Origin: a virus
IMG/VR virus record: IMGVR_UViG_2974600762_000001
Span: 39,688 to 103,687 of that record
DNA length: 64,000 nucleotides
Strand: one strand, 5' to 3'
The position numbers and the translations under genes were made by a program. The notes below the pieces were generated by a model. It saw only the letters and a program-made list of their open reading frames with translations, did not search any database and was not told the origin of the DNA. Shown in pieces: positions 19,363 through 29,026 of the stretch. Every line of letters begins with the position of its first letter. Position 1 is the stretch's first letter.

Positions 19363-20046
19363 ATGTATGTTGATGATTTCATCAAGGAAGTAAAAGAGCT
19401 ATCAACTAGATACGATGTAGAGGTAACCGATGGTCAAGTAGATGTATATTACTCACGCCGGAAACATGCTAGATACCCTAAGTATCACCAAGTATTAACT
19501 GTCCCCTTACAAGCACAGTATACTTTTAGTCGTAGAATTGGGCTAGATGATTTTGAAGCACTGCCCTTTAGTCACAAGCTTTACATGCTAGGGGCAGAAC
19601 TAGCTATGACTCCACTGGATGAGCGTACTCCTGAGTCTTATAAGATAGCACGGCAAAATAAAGAAATGAATTGTCTCATGCAACACTCCAAGCACGCTCT
19701 AAGAGAGGCTAGGGTAGCGGAGCACAAGGCTAATAAGCCTAAATTTGTTGAGCTTCAGCCATTACCAAATTACACTGGTATTAATGATGCCACGGGTGAA
19801 CCAATCTATGTCGGGGATGTCGTTGAAAGAGTGCTTGATATGAGGAATGCATACTCAGCATTAGAAAACCGGGATAAAGAAAAGTTTCCGGACTTTGATA
19901 AGATGGGTGAACCATTTAAGGTTAAGCGTGATTGCTACTTGTACGGCCATTGGATTGCTAAAAGTGTAGCTGATGGCGATAAATTTGGTGTAGATGGGTT
20001 ACACTTTGGTAAAGAATTACTAAAAGTAAATGGAGGAAACAAATAA
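19363..20046 (+). CDS. hypothetical protein with partial YopX-like C-terminal motif
   Basis: YTGINDATGEPIYVGDVV; N-terminus resembles 45753..46199 (FIK.V ... A.TP..ER). Confidence 0.65.
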   Translation: MYVDDFIKEVKELSTRYDVEVTDGQVDVYYSRRKHARYPKYHQVLTVPLQAQYTFSRRIGLDDFEALPFSHKLYMLGAELAMTPLDERTPESYKIARQNKEMNCLMQHSKHALREARVAEHKANKPKFVELQPLPNYTGINDATGEPIYVGDVVERVLDMRNAYSALENRDKEKFPDFDKMGEPFKVKRDCYLYGHWIAKSVADGDKFGVDGLHFGKELLKVNGGNK

Positions 20047-21164
20047 TGAAAGTAATTAGTACAGATAAAACGACCTTTCGATTAATGGCGGGAGACGACT
20101 TAGTATTAACGAATAACTTACCAGTAGGGACATACGAAGTACAATTTTCTATGCGACAAGGGTATTGGTTAACTAAACGAGATAACTTTGCTATTGGCAA
20201 CAAGAAAGTGTATGGCAACCAACCAGAACGGATTAAGAAGATTTTCCACAATTTTAATAAGCGTGATTCTAACTTAGGCGTTATGTTATCAGGAACTAAA
20301 GGCATGGGTAAAACTTTGTTTTCTAAGATGGTAGCTCAAGAAGCTATTAAGGAGGGTATCCCAGTTATTAATGTGGGTAACAACTATCCCGGGATTACTG
20401 ATTTCTTGGATTCAATTAAGCAGGAAGCATTGGTTTTGATTGATGAATTTGAAAAGCGTTTCCCAGCTAATAGTGGTGATAGTGATGGTCCTACTCAAAA
20501 TGACTTCTTAACATTGTTAGATGGGACAGCATCTGCTAAGCATCTCTATGTAGCAACTGTGAACAAGTTGCAACAGATTAATGAGTATTTAATTAATCGT
20601 CCGGGTCGTTTTTACTATCATTTCCGATTCAACTACCCTAACTACGAAGAAGTTACCGCTCTATTAAATGATGCCATCTCTGATGAAAATAAATATAGAA
20701 TCCCTGAGATTCAACGATTGACCTCTAGCGTTAGTCTAAACTATGATGCTTTGTTAGCAATTGCTAATGAAATTAATGAAGGCTATGGTGTTAAAGACAC
20801 TATCAGTGACTTAAACATTCAAGCTGATGGTAATTACGAAAGCTACAAAGCTATGGTTACTTTCAAGAATGGCGAAACGGTTACTGTAAAGGCTTCTACT
20901 TCTAATGATGAAAGCACTATGTCAGTTCGTGGGGACAGCAAGCAAACACCTAGGGAATGGTATGTTAAACTTGAATTAGGAAAAGGAACTGTTAAATCAG
21001 ATGGGACTATTGTATTTCTAAACAATGGTAAGGGTATTATAAGCGCTAATTATGATGATGCAGGTAATAGTGATGACTGGAATAATACTTCCGAGAACCC
21101 AATTACTAAGGTTTTATTAAAGCGGGATGTCAGGGATAATTATGCGTTCAATCAGTTTTATTAA
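20046..21164 (+). CDS. AAA+ ATPase
   Basis: Walker A GTKGMGKT, Walker B LIDEFEK, LLDG, NRPGRF. Confidence 0.9.
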   Translation: MKVISTDKTTFRLMAGDDLVLTNNLPVGTYEVQFSMRQGYWLTKRDNFAIGNKKVYGNQPERIKKIFHNFNKRDSNLGVMLSGTKGMGKTLFSKMVAQEAIKEGIPVINVGNNYPGITDFLDSIKQEALVLIDEFEKRFPANSGDSDGPTQNDFLTLLDGTASAKHLYVATVNKLQQINEYLINRPGRFYYHFRFNYPNYEEVTALLNDAISDENKYRIPEIQRLTSSVSLNYDALLAIANEINEGYGVKDTISDLNIQADGNYESYKAMVTFKNGETVTVKASTSNDESTMSVRGDSKQTPREWYVKLELGKGTVKSDGTIVFLNNGKGIISANYDDAGNSDDWNNTSENPITKVLLKRDVRDNYAFNQFY

Positions 21165-21179
21165 AATTTAGGATAAGTG

Positions 21180-21209
21180 TTGACAAGGGATATCAGAGAT
21201 GGTATCCTT
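21180..21209 (+). promoter_or_regulatory. hairpin-in-spacer promoter
   Basis: TTGACA AGGGATATCA gaga TGGTATCCTT. Confidence 0.8.
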
Positions 21210-21235
21210 TTAATATAGAAGGAAGGTATTAGTTA

Positions 21236-21982
21236 ATGTTTAAATGGATTAAGAAAGTAATGAATATTGGTGACACTAGCAGCAATAACGATTTAAATGA
21301 TAAAGGCTTACAGATTGACTTGAATGACTTATATATTGTCTACACTAAAGTGATTAACGACAAGCGCTTTGGTACTTGGGAAGGCTCTTATGACTACCTA
21401 GATTCGTATAATATTAAGAGCATTATCTCTGATACTATGAAGCTCACTAGTAACCACCCAGAACTGTTATTGCATTTGGGTAAGCTTAATGAGTCTGTAT
21501 TTCAACTAAAGATGGCTACTACTGCTTTACTAGACATTTATGATAATAAGGATAGTCTAGCTAAAGAGGTGTATAAGCAACAGAAAAATGATGCAAAAGA
21601 TGTTATTAACAAATTAGTACAGCGGATTGTAGGTATTAATAAGACACTTTCTGATATGTATCGAGATGATAACTCGTCTACCATTAGATTTTTAAAGAAA
21701 CAGATGGGTATAACTGTTGACAACCCCCAAGAAGAATATGATAAATTTAATGACTGGTTAGTTGTTGAGAAGTACCCCCGCCAGAACCCAGTTATTAAGT
21801 ATTTATTGTTAGGAGCTAAGAAGGGTTACTATAGTGCAGATACACTAGAATCTGTCTTGTCAAATAACCCTACAATAGATGACCTAAAGAAAATAGTGGA
21901 CTATCTTATTAATACTGATAATGACAATGAATTGCGTATTAAGCTAAGAGACAAGGATTATGACGAGATTGTAAATTTTTAA
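21236..21982 (+). CDS. helical hypothetical protein, possible N-terminal part of a -1 frameshift fusion
   Basis: SD GGAAGG; ends on A-AAT-TTT-TAA. Confidence 0.7.
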   Translation: MFKWIKKVMNIGDTSSNNDLNDKGLQIDLNDLYIVYTKVINDKRFGTWEGSYDYLDSYNIKSIISDTMKLTSNHPELLLHLGKLNESVFQLKMATTALLDIYDNKDSLAKEVYKQQKNDAKDVINKLVQRIVGINKTLSDMYRDDNSSTIRFLKKQMGITVDNPQEEYDKFNDWLVVEKYPRQNPVIKYLLLGAKKGYYSADTLESVLSNNPTIDDLKKIVDYLINTDNDNELRIKLRDKDYDEIVNF

Positions 21983-22014
21983 CTAAGGGAAGACGAGCTA
22001 TCTTCACTAAGCTT
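21973..22014 (+). other. candidate -1 ribosomal frameshift signal (slippery heptamer + H-type pseudoknot)
   Basis: A AAT TTT at 21973-21979; stems GAAGA 21989-93/TCTTC 22001-05 and GAGCT 21995-99/AGCTT 22010-14. Confidence 0.5.
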
Positions 22015-22053
22015 AATGGTACTGGTGTATTCCCTACAGTAACGCCTACCTTA

Positions 22054-22881
22054 GTGCCTGATAGCTTCTTAGCCTTTGACGAGGCTAACAGTTACTTAGA
22101 TAAACAGCAACGCTCATTAGACTATTTAGACCGTATTCAAAAATTGTCAGTAATTGCTAAAAATAACATTGACATCAAGGATACACATGGCTATAATAGA
22201 GCAGAATATATTGATAAATTAAACCATCTTGAAAAGCTACCAACAACTAGTATTGCGCTTACTAAGTTAGCTCTTAGAGATAATGTGGCTAAGCCTATAA
22301 GTTTAGCTGAGTTTAAGGACTTAGTCGATGAGATGAACAATGATGATGACAATATGCAGGTAGAAAGTCAAGTTGGAGTACTAATAGTAGAAACACAAGC
22401 CCCAGTAGAAGCTATGCGTAAAACTATTCGGAAATTTTTGGACCAAGGTTATCCCCTGAGTGGCGCTTGGAAGGTTCCAATTGTTTCTAGTGAAGATGCA
22501 AAGTTTATTAATATAAGTAGTGCAAACGAGTCGAATGGGGAAACTAATGACCAAGCCGAAGACCTCTATGAGCAAGTAAAGAAAGCAACTAATGACCCGG
22601 AGTATGAAAGAAAACTTGATGCTAGGATTGAAAAAGCATATGTCAATAAAATGCGTTCTGGTAATATTGATGATGAGGATGACCAAGATTCCGATAATCT
22701 TTTTAGAGCGGAAGACTTTATGGTATACCCTGAGCTCATGGATGACACAAATAAGCAGATAGAGCGTGCAGCACAACACAATATTGATGTTATTAATAGT
22801 GTATTCCATACTAATACTGCCAGATTTATGTCAACTACAATTACTACTACTACAACAACTGTACCTGAGAAAGGAAGATAA
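22054..22881 (+). CDS. acidic hypothetical protein with C-terminal poly-Thr tract (frame open from 21964)
   Basis: Ends MSTTITTTTTTVPEKGR; GTG 22054 has no visible SD. Confidence 0.7.
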   Translation: MPDSFLAFDEANSYLDKQQRSLDYLDRIQKLSVIAKNNIDIKDTHGYNRAEYIDKLNHLEKLPTTSIALTKLALRDNVAKPISLAEFKDLVDEMNNDDDNMQVESQVGVLIVETQAPVEAMRKTIRKFLDQGYPLSGAWKVPIVSSEDAKFINISSANESNGETNDQAEDLYEQVKKATNDPEYERKLDARIEKAYVNKMRSGNIDDEDDQDSDNLFRAEDFMVYPELMDDTNKQIERAAQHNIDVINSVFHTNTARFMSTTITTTTTTVPEKGR

Positions 22882-22883
22882 TA

Positions 22884-23984
22884 ATGAATAATACTTTTAT
22901 CCAAGAAAATTTTGATGTAGCCCCTGTTCAAGCAAACACTAATGCTAATAATGGGGTTAGTACCCAAGTAGACAGCTTAGAATTGACTGATGACAGTATT
23001 GCTAAGTTTGGCTTAGATGTCCAACGTGGCGTTGGCGAATTAACTAATGAAATCACTCAAAGTACCAAGAATAAGAATGCAGGGGAAACTGGCGAGGCAA
23101 TCACTGCATTAATGAAAATTATTCGTGAAAATGGCAAAGATGAAGACCAGGGCGGTAACATTATTACCCGTTTGTTCCGCAAGGGTAAGAACTCTGTATA
23201 TAATATCCAAGCTAAGAACCAAGCGGTAGACAAGTCTATTGACACTATTTCTGCCAAACTATCGGATTCCCAGACTGAGCTAAGCCATGACAACGAAACA
23301 CTGGACAAGATGTATGAACAGAATAAGCAACAGTTTCAAGCCTTGAATGAACTAGTTGATATTGCTCAGGATAAATTAAATGAGCTAGAATCGTCTATTA
23401 TTCCAGAGTTAGATAACTACATTAAAACAACTAAGGATGGCGAGGATAAAATTAATGAGGCTACAATTAAGCTTAATGAATACCAGAACATGCAATCAGC
23501 TTTGAGTCGTAAACTTAATAATCTAATTGCTTCTCGCCAACTAGCATTATTACGGGCACCTAAGCTAAAGACTTTAAAACAAACTAACTTAACAGTCATT
23601 GATAACTTACAGAGTTCGATTAACTTTGCTATTCCGCTATGGAAACAGCAAGCAGCCGATGCTATCTTGGCTAGTCGCCAACAACAGGCTATTGAGGTTC
23701 AGAAGTTCATGACTGAGCAGACTAATAAGATGATTGTATCTGGCGCCGATAATGTTCGTAAGGCTACTTTAGAAGCTCAAAAGCAGAGCAATGAATCCTT
23801 TGTATCTGCATCTAAATTAACTCAGGCTACTGATATCTTACGAGATACCCTTGTACAAGTACAAAGCTTACAAAAGCAAGGGGACTCTTTACGCAAGCAG
23901 GAAGCTAAGGACTTACTACAGTCTGGAGAACATATGAAAAGTGTAGCGTTAGACTTGATGAAGAATAACAAAATGATTGAATAA
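22884..23984 (+). CDS. telA: TelA/YaaN toxic anion resistance family protein
   Basis: I.KFG..VQ, L.HDN..L..MYE.N, L..RQ.A...AP.L..L..TN, IPLWKQQ motifs. Confidence 0.9.
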   Translation: MNNTFIQENFDVAPVQANTNANNGVSTQVDSLELTDDSIAKFGLDVQRGVGELTNEITQSTKNKNAGETGEAITALMKIIRENGKDEDQGGNIITRLFRKGKNSVYNIQAKNQAVDKSIDTISAKLSDSQTELSHDNETLDKMYEQNKQQFQALNELVDIAQDKLNELESSIIPELDNYIKTTKDGEDKINEATIKLNEYQNMQSALSRKLNNLIASRQLALLRAPKLKTLKQTNLTVIDNLQSSINFAIPLWKQQAADAILASRQQQAIEVQKFMTEQTNKMIVSGADNVRKATLEAQKQSNESFVSASKLTQATDILRDTLVQVQSLQKQGDSLRKQEAKDLLQSGEHMKSVALDLMKNNKMIE

Positions 23985-23996
23985 ACTATATTAAGC

Positions 23997-24026
23997 TTGA
24001 CAATTAGGGTACCAGTATGGTATCCT
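23997..24026 (+). promoter_or_regulatory. hairpin-in-spacer promoter (18-nt spacer variant)
   Basis: TTGACA att AGGGTACCA gta TGGTATCCT. Confidence 0.7.
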
Positions 24027-24058
24027 TATACCATGGAAAAAGAAAGAAGGAGTTAAGC

Positions 24059-24535
24059 ATGAGTGCTGAAACTTGCGCATATTTAAACACTGATTTAACA
24101 AGTCTATTAGAATATCTTATTAATAAATACAATTTGGTTGCAGAAGATGACTGGGAAATTAGTGCCGAAGATAAAAACCATAATCCAGTTAGTATTGATG
24201 AGGAAGATAACCGACTTACTTATGATAATTCGACTATATATGATATTATGCACTATTCATATCATGGTTTTGTATCCCTGAATAAAGCGGATGGCGGGCG
24301 AGCATTGTTTGTTTTAGAGTGTAGTTTAGACGACGATTGTACTGTTAAAGGCTTCAAACCATTATGGGATGATGATGCGGGGTGTATCTATGTTAGCCTA
24401 GCTCACTATGGTAGCTCTGTTAGCATTATCAAGGACTTAGCTTATGAGTTCGGTGGTCTTATTGATGAGGACGATTGTGATGATGAACCCTACTACTATG
24501 TTAGTCCAGCACTAGACGATGCAAAAGACAACTAG
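24059..24535 (+). CDS. acidic hypothetical protein
   Basis: SD AAGGAG before ATG 24059. Confidence 0.7.
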   Translation: MSAETCAYLNTDLTSLLEYLINKYNLVAEDDWEISAEDKNHNPVSIDEEDNRLTYDNSTIYDIMHYSYHGFVSLNKADGGRALFVLECSLDDDCTVKGFKPLWDDDAGCIYVSLAHYGSSVSIIKDLAYEFGGLIDEDDCDDEPYYYVSPALDDAKDN

Positions 24536-24541
24536 TAAACT

Positions 24542-24568
24542 AAAAGGGTACTAATATGGTATCCTTTT
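24542..24568 (+). terminator. same hairpin family, no TTGACA upstream; likely terminator
   Basis: AAAAGGGTACTA ata TGGTATCCTTTT, 7 nt after a stop codon. Confidence 0.6.
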
Positions 24569-24586
24569 AATATGGGGGCGAGCATC

Positions 24587-25060
24587 ATGAACGATGAACC
24601 ATTAGTTAGAATTGGCGGTAGTCAATCAGACTGGAAGAAGTGGCTAACTAAGTCCAAAGGGTTCTATCTACAGGGTTTTACCACTAAGATTAACCAAGCC
24701 ACTGACTTGGATGTCAAACAGTCTCCCTTGTACCTTACTCAGCTAATAAGTAGATACCATGACCTAGACCAAAAATTAATTGGTCTTTATCGCTCAGGAG
24801 TTGATTCAAGCGTAACTTCGGTTACGTATAATTACTGGGTTGGTATGGGTAAAATTGTTATAGGGAAAGCCACAGTGTTGATTCAATCACTCAATAATGT
24901 TAATACTATTAGTTTCACTTATCAATATCGGGTAACAGCATCCGAGTATCGAGCTAAAAATACTAACATTAAGTCCAGACATGCTGGTGGTAATAGTTTG
25001 AACGGACAACGCAAGACTATTGCTAGGTGGCGGGATTATGACAAAGAGCGCCATAACTAA
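24587..25060 (+). CDS. hypothetical protein
   Basis: ATG 24587 with GGGGG upstream. Confidence 0.65.
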   Translation: MNDEPLVRIGGSQSDWKKWLTKSKGFYLQGFTTKINQATDLDVKQSPLYLTQLISRYHDLDQKLIGLYRSGVDSSVTSVTYNYWVGMGKIVIGKATVLIQSLNNVNTISFTYQYRVTASEYRAKNTNIKSRHAGGNSLNGQRKTIARWRDYDKERHN

Positions 25061-25114
25061 CGTTATATTAATATAAGAAGAAGAAAACATTACAAGAAAG
25101 TAGGAATTTTTATT

Positions 25115-25501
25115 ATGGGATACATTCGTAAAGAAGCAGTTGAAAAGGTTCTTAAGGCACACTCTAACGATAAGGGATTTATGAACTTGTTAGAACTGGT
25201 TAGAAAAGGTAAAAATACTAACACATTGCCTCACCCAAGATTCTCTGTCAGAGACCTAAATAAGGAAATTGTTGACCTAGTAGTAGAATTTGCACAAGAC
25301 GGTAAATCACTTAATGTATACGAAGAAAGTCGAGGGTCACGTAGTTTCATCTATCAATTTCCCATTGAAGACGTTATTTCCAACAAGAAGACAACAGCTA
25401 CAACAACGACTAAAAAAGTGGTATCAACAACTACTACAACCAAGAAAGTAGTACGTAAACGCCGTACGACCACTAAGGCAACCACTAAGTCACCTAAATA
25501 A
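25115..25501 (+). CDS. hypothetical protein with Thr/Lys-rich C-terminal tail
   Basis: KKTTATTTTKKVVSTTTTTKKVVRKRRTTTKATTKSPK; GTTATATTA upstream. Confidence 0.75.
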   Translation: MGYIRKEAVEKVLKAHSNDKGFMNLLELVRKGKNTNTLPHPRFSVRDLNKEIVDLVVEFAQDGKSLNVYEESRGSRSFIYQFPIEDVISNKKTTATTTTKKVVSTTTTTKKVVRKRRTTTKATTKSPK

Positions 25502-25509
25502 TAAACTAT

Positions 25510-25540
25510 AAAGCAATCCTATATAAGGGTTGCTTTTGCT
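25510..25540 (+). terminator. intrinsic terminator
   Basis: AAAGCAATCCT-atata-AGGGTTGCTTT. Confidence 0.8.
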
Positions 25541-25582
25541 TTATATATGTGGTAAAATAATAATAACAAATTAATTAGGAGT

Positions 25583-25981
25583 GTGATAGTATTGAAACAA
25601 GAAGAAGCGGAGAAGTTAGACAAGGAAGGAAAGTCAATTGTATATTCTAAGCATCTTAGTGAAGACCAATTGGCTAGTCTCAGTCAGGAGTTCCAATTAG
25701 CAGAGTTAGAAGAGGTAGCAATTTTCTCTGTGTTATCAGATGATGCCAAGAAGTTCTTATTAAAACTAGAACCAGCAACAGGGGTTATCGCTAACTCAAT
25801 TGTGCTACAGGCTGATGGGAAAGCTCCAAAAGAAATGATTAACATGGAAAATCCTTTACTAGCCGAGTTAGCTAAGGAGTATAATAACCGAGTTAAAAAG
25901 GATAAGTCTAATGCAACCGACTTGCTTAATGAACTTGCAGACCGATATGTAGACGAGTTATATCCAGATAGTGATGAATAA
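25583..25981 (+). CDS. hypothetical protein
   Basis: SD AGGAG. Confidence 0.7.
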   Translation: MIVLKQEEAEKLDKEGKSIVYSKHLSEDQLASLSQEFQLAELEEVAIFSVLSDDAKKFLLKLEPATGVIANSIVLQADGKAPKEMINMENPLLAELAKEYNNRVKKDKSNATDLLNELADRYVDELYPDSDE

Positions 25982-26270
25982 TTAGTCTGTTTTTGATAGG
26001 TAAAACATAACAGTTTTGTGCATATTTTTAGATATAATATTGTAATATTCACTTTAGGAATAACATAACGCCTACAATTGTTCATTATATTAATTGTGTA
26101 GCCCCAAGGAAACAGCTTATAAAATTGATTATACCAAGGGTTACATTAATATTCACAATTGTTAGCCTAATAAGGGATAACTATTCAAAAAAGACATGAA
26201 TATTATGGATATTGAACAAAACTTTTACTGGTTATCTGTTAAAAATTTATATTGATTGGAGTTTTAAAAC

Positions 26271-26996
26271 ATGGCAAAACGCAACAGCTTACTGGATTTG
26301 TATGAGAATCACCTTCTATTTACAAAGGTATATTCTTTATTGCAAGAGCATAAGCCATATGACTATATACTAAAGTTTTTAGATTCAGAAGGGTTCAAGT
26401 TATCTAAAGGCAGTTTATCCAAACTAAAAGCTAAGATTACCGAAGCTGAGGAAACGGGTGTACCTATTGATGACCTGTTAGACAAACGCCGTAAAACGAG
26501 TATTGATGATATTGATTCTGACAAGGTAGAGGGATTTGTTGGCAATCCTAATATGGATAATCCTAGAAGTACCCGTAAGGCCAACAACTTACCTAAGGAA
26601 ACTTATGACATTCCAGAAGAAGCAGTCCCAGTAGAACATGTGCATTCTAGCAGACAAGTTCTAGAAATGATAATGGATAAAGGGTTTGCAACGGCACAGG
26701 CTACACGAGTAATTGACATGCCAACGCTATTAAAAGCAGTTGAGTTGTATAATAAATGGTATTTCCAAGAGTCAAAAGGATTAACAGCAGAATCGTTGAA
26801 ACAGTATCAACTAATCAACTCATCTATAGTATCAGCAATGATTGATGTTATTCCTAAGTATGTTGAGAAAGATAAGCAAGATAAGATGATTGCTGAGATG
26901 AATGACAGAGCTGCCAAGATTATTGATAATGCTGGTGCTACCCGAGAAGGTAAAGAATTACTGAAACAATTAGAAAAGGAAGGTCTATCACTATGA
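26271..26996 (+). CDS. putative DNA-binding protein with N-terminal HTH-like region
   Basis: YDYILKFLDSEGFKLSKGSLSKLK; SD GGAG. Confidence 0.55.
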   Translation: MAKRNSLLDLYENHLLFTKVYSLLQEHKPYDYILKFLDSEGFKLSKGSLSKLKAKITEAEETGVPIDDLLDKRRKTSIDDIDSDKVEGFVGNPNMDNPRSTRKANNLPKETYDIPEEAVPVEHVHSSRQVLEMIMDKGFATAQATRVIDMPTLLKAVELYNKWYFQESKGLTAESLKQYQLINSSIVSAMIDVIPKYVEKDKQDKMIAEMNDRAAKIIDNAGATREGKELLKQLEKEGLSL

Positions 26997-27637
26997 TTGA
27001 TAAAGAAACAGTTATTCCTAGTATTGATGTTGATAACCTAGAACAACCCAAGGTATATAAGAATGCCCAATTTAGTATTGCATATGCTACTAAGTATGGT
27101 GAGATTAAATTTTGGATTAATGACAACTTTATGGTAGCAAACTATCGTGGTAAGGATTATGTTATTAGCCTACCTGTTGCAATGTTTAAACAAGCAAAGT
27201 TGGTTATTGGAGAAGTTAATCCAGAATTAGTAGGATTTATTACACCTGCTGGTTTAGGTGCTAAGCGACTAGAATTTGATAGTAATCGAGCTATTAATCA
27301 GTTAACTGATGCTTTAAATAAAACGGATAATGTCGAACTACAGACTTCTGGAGTTGTCCAACGAGTTAGTCAGTTTATTAATTCTGGCGATTTTACAGTT
27401 GATGACAAATCAGATTTTGATGACATTACCGAAGCTGCCGCAGACCTAGCTTTAGATACTGACGAAGCAAAAGAAGAACTAGCTAAAATTATAGGTGCTA
27501 AAGGCTTTGGGAAGGTCATTTCACGCCCTATTAGTGACTTGGTTATGTTATTACCACGATTACAACAGGACTTAGAGAAAAGTGGCCTATTCGATGTATT
27601 TTTGGATGGTGATAAAGTATTTAAGGAGGCTGAATAA
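26993..27637 (+). CDS. hypothetical protein
   Basis: ATGA overlap with previous gene. Confidence 0.7.
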   Translation: MIDKETVIPSIDVDNLEQPKVYKNAQFSIAYATKYGEIKFWINDNFMVANYRGKDYVISLPVAMFKQAKLVIGEVNPELVGFITPAGLGAKRLEFDSNRAINQLTDALNKTDNVELQTSGVVQRVSQFINSGDFTVDDKSDFDDITEAAADLALDTDEAKEELAKIIGAKGFGKVISRPISDLVMLLPRLQQDLEKSGLFDVFLDGDKVFKEAE

Positions 27638-27945
27638 TGGGGTTATATATTATTTTAGGTGGCTTGTGTTTAGGATTATTTATCTACTTGATTCTATATG
27701 CTCGGATGGCTAATTTGGAAGTACAACTATATGCTGACGTTGATGCTTTCCTAAGTGATTGGGTTAAAGCACAATCAGAAGTTAATCAAGTTATTAGTGT
27801 AGATTTAGATGACATTCGAGAACGAGTTAAAAATGACGATAAATTGTTATCAAAACTTGACGATATTGAGAAAAATATTAACTTTAAAACACAAATTCTT
27901 GAAGATTCAAAGAATAATGATGGAAAGGATTCTCCTACAGAATAG
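27637..27945 (+). CDS. membrane-anchored coiled-coil protein
   Basis: N-terminal TM; SD AAGGAGG. Confidence 0.7.
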   Translation: MGLYIILGGLCLGLFIYLILYARMANLEVQLYADVDAFLSDWVKAQSEVNQVISVDLDDIRERVKNDDKLLSKLDDIEKNINFKTQILEDSKNNDGKDSPTE

Positions 27946-27977
27946 TGACTTATATTAATCTGTAGGAGGTAGGGCTC

Positions 27978-28232
27978 ATGAAATCATTATGGATGGGAGC
28001 ATTGCTAGTTACAGGACTATCGTTTTATAACCCTAAGTTTATTCTAGTGTTTTCAGTTATCCTATTAATTGATTTGGTCATAGGTAGTCATAAGGACTTA
28101 ATAAAACTAGTGAGATGCTTGAAGAACAAGCAACAGTTGTTATCCTTGAAAAGGCTTAATGCTGACATTGAGGAAGAAATTAATACCTGCTACCTAGACA
28201 TTAGTAGAAATAGTAAGGACAAGTCTAAATAG
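27978..28232 (+). CDS. small membrane protein
   Basis: Hydrophobic N-terminus; SD AGGAGG. Confidence 0.65.
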   Translation: MKSLWMGALLVTGLSFYNPKFILVFSVILLIDLVIGSHKDLIKLVRCLKNKQQLLSLKRLNADIEEEINTCYLDISRNSKDKSK

Positions 28233-28245
28233 GACTTGTCTTTTT
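28217..28245 (+). terminator. intrinsic terminator
   Basis: GACAAGTC-taaatag-GACTTGTC-TTTTT. Confidence 0.85.
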
Positions 28246-28287
28246 GTTTACCATATGCTATACTAAAGATAAAGGACGTGAATTTTA

Positions 28288-29016
28288 ATGAAATATACAC
28301 AATACAAGGGCAATAATAGGTGGTTTAAGCACTTACAAGATATCAAGCAGACTAAGCCTATCAGAGCAAGCATTCAGGGGCTAGAGAGCAACCTAGTTGA
28401 TACAATTGTTGTTATTAATAGCTTGCACATGAACAAGGATTCGGCATCATGGGATATAGAGTTAAGCAAAGAGGTGTATAAGAACGTTCCGAACCCACTA
28501 AAGGAAATTGCTGGTCAAATTGAATTTGATGAAAATACAGATAGCAAGTTCTTTATGTGGACTACTAATCATAATCGTTTATATGACCTAAGTGAAGTAG
28601 GTCCTTATACCTTATTTGAATCAAAAACAGACAGCGGAGTAATTCTAAGAGTTCTCTTCACTAAAGAAACTAACATGTTGCTGCCTATCAATACCTTGGC
28701 CTTGAACGAGCATGAGCTTGGCAGAAAAGAAAGAAACACAATTAATCATCTTATCCACCATCGGCTGGCTGGTAAACTATGGCGTGCAACTATCGTCACT
28801 AATACCACCTCACAGACAACTGAGCTATCCTATAATAATCTCAGTTTAAATACTGTATTTGGAGAAGCAATCTCATTAGGAAATATATATGGAATGGTGT
28901 CTTACAATGCTAAAGGGAAATACAAGGTATTTGTAGAAGATGATAGTGCTACTATCCAAATTGTTCAGTCGTATCATACCGTTATTCTAATTAAGTTTCT
29001 ACCACTAAGATTATAG
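28288..29016 (+). CDS. hypothetical protein
   Basis: 242-aa ORF, last gene before the early region. Confidence 0.7.
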   Translation: MKYTQYKGNNRWFKHLQDIKQTKPIRASIQGLESNLVDTIVVINSLHMNKDSASWDIELSKEVYKNVPNPLKEIAGQIEFDENTDSKFFMWTTNHNRLYDLSEVGPYTLFESKTDSGVILRVLFTKETNMLLPINTLALNEHELGRKERNTINHLIHHRLAGKLWRATIVTNTTSQTTELSYNNLSLNTVFGEAISLGNIYGMVSYNAKGKYKVFVEDDSATIQIVQSYHTVILIKFLPLRL

Positions 29017-29026
29017 CAATAGTATC

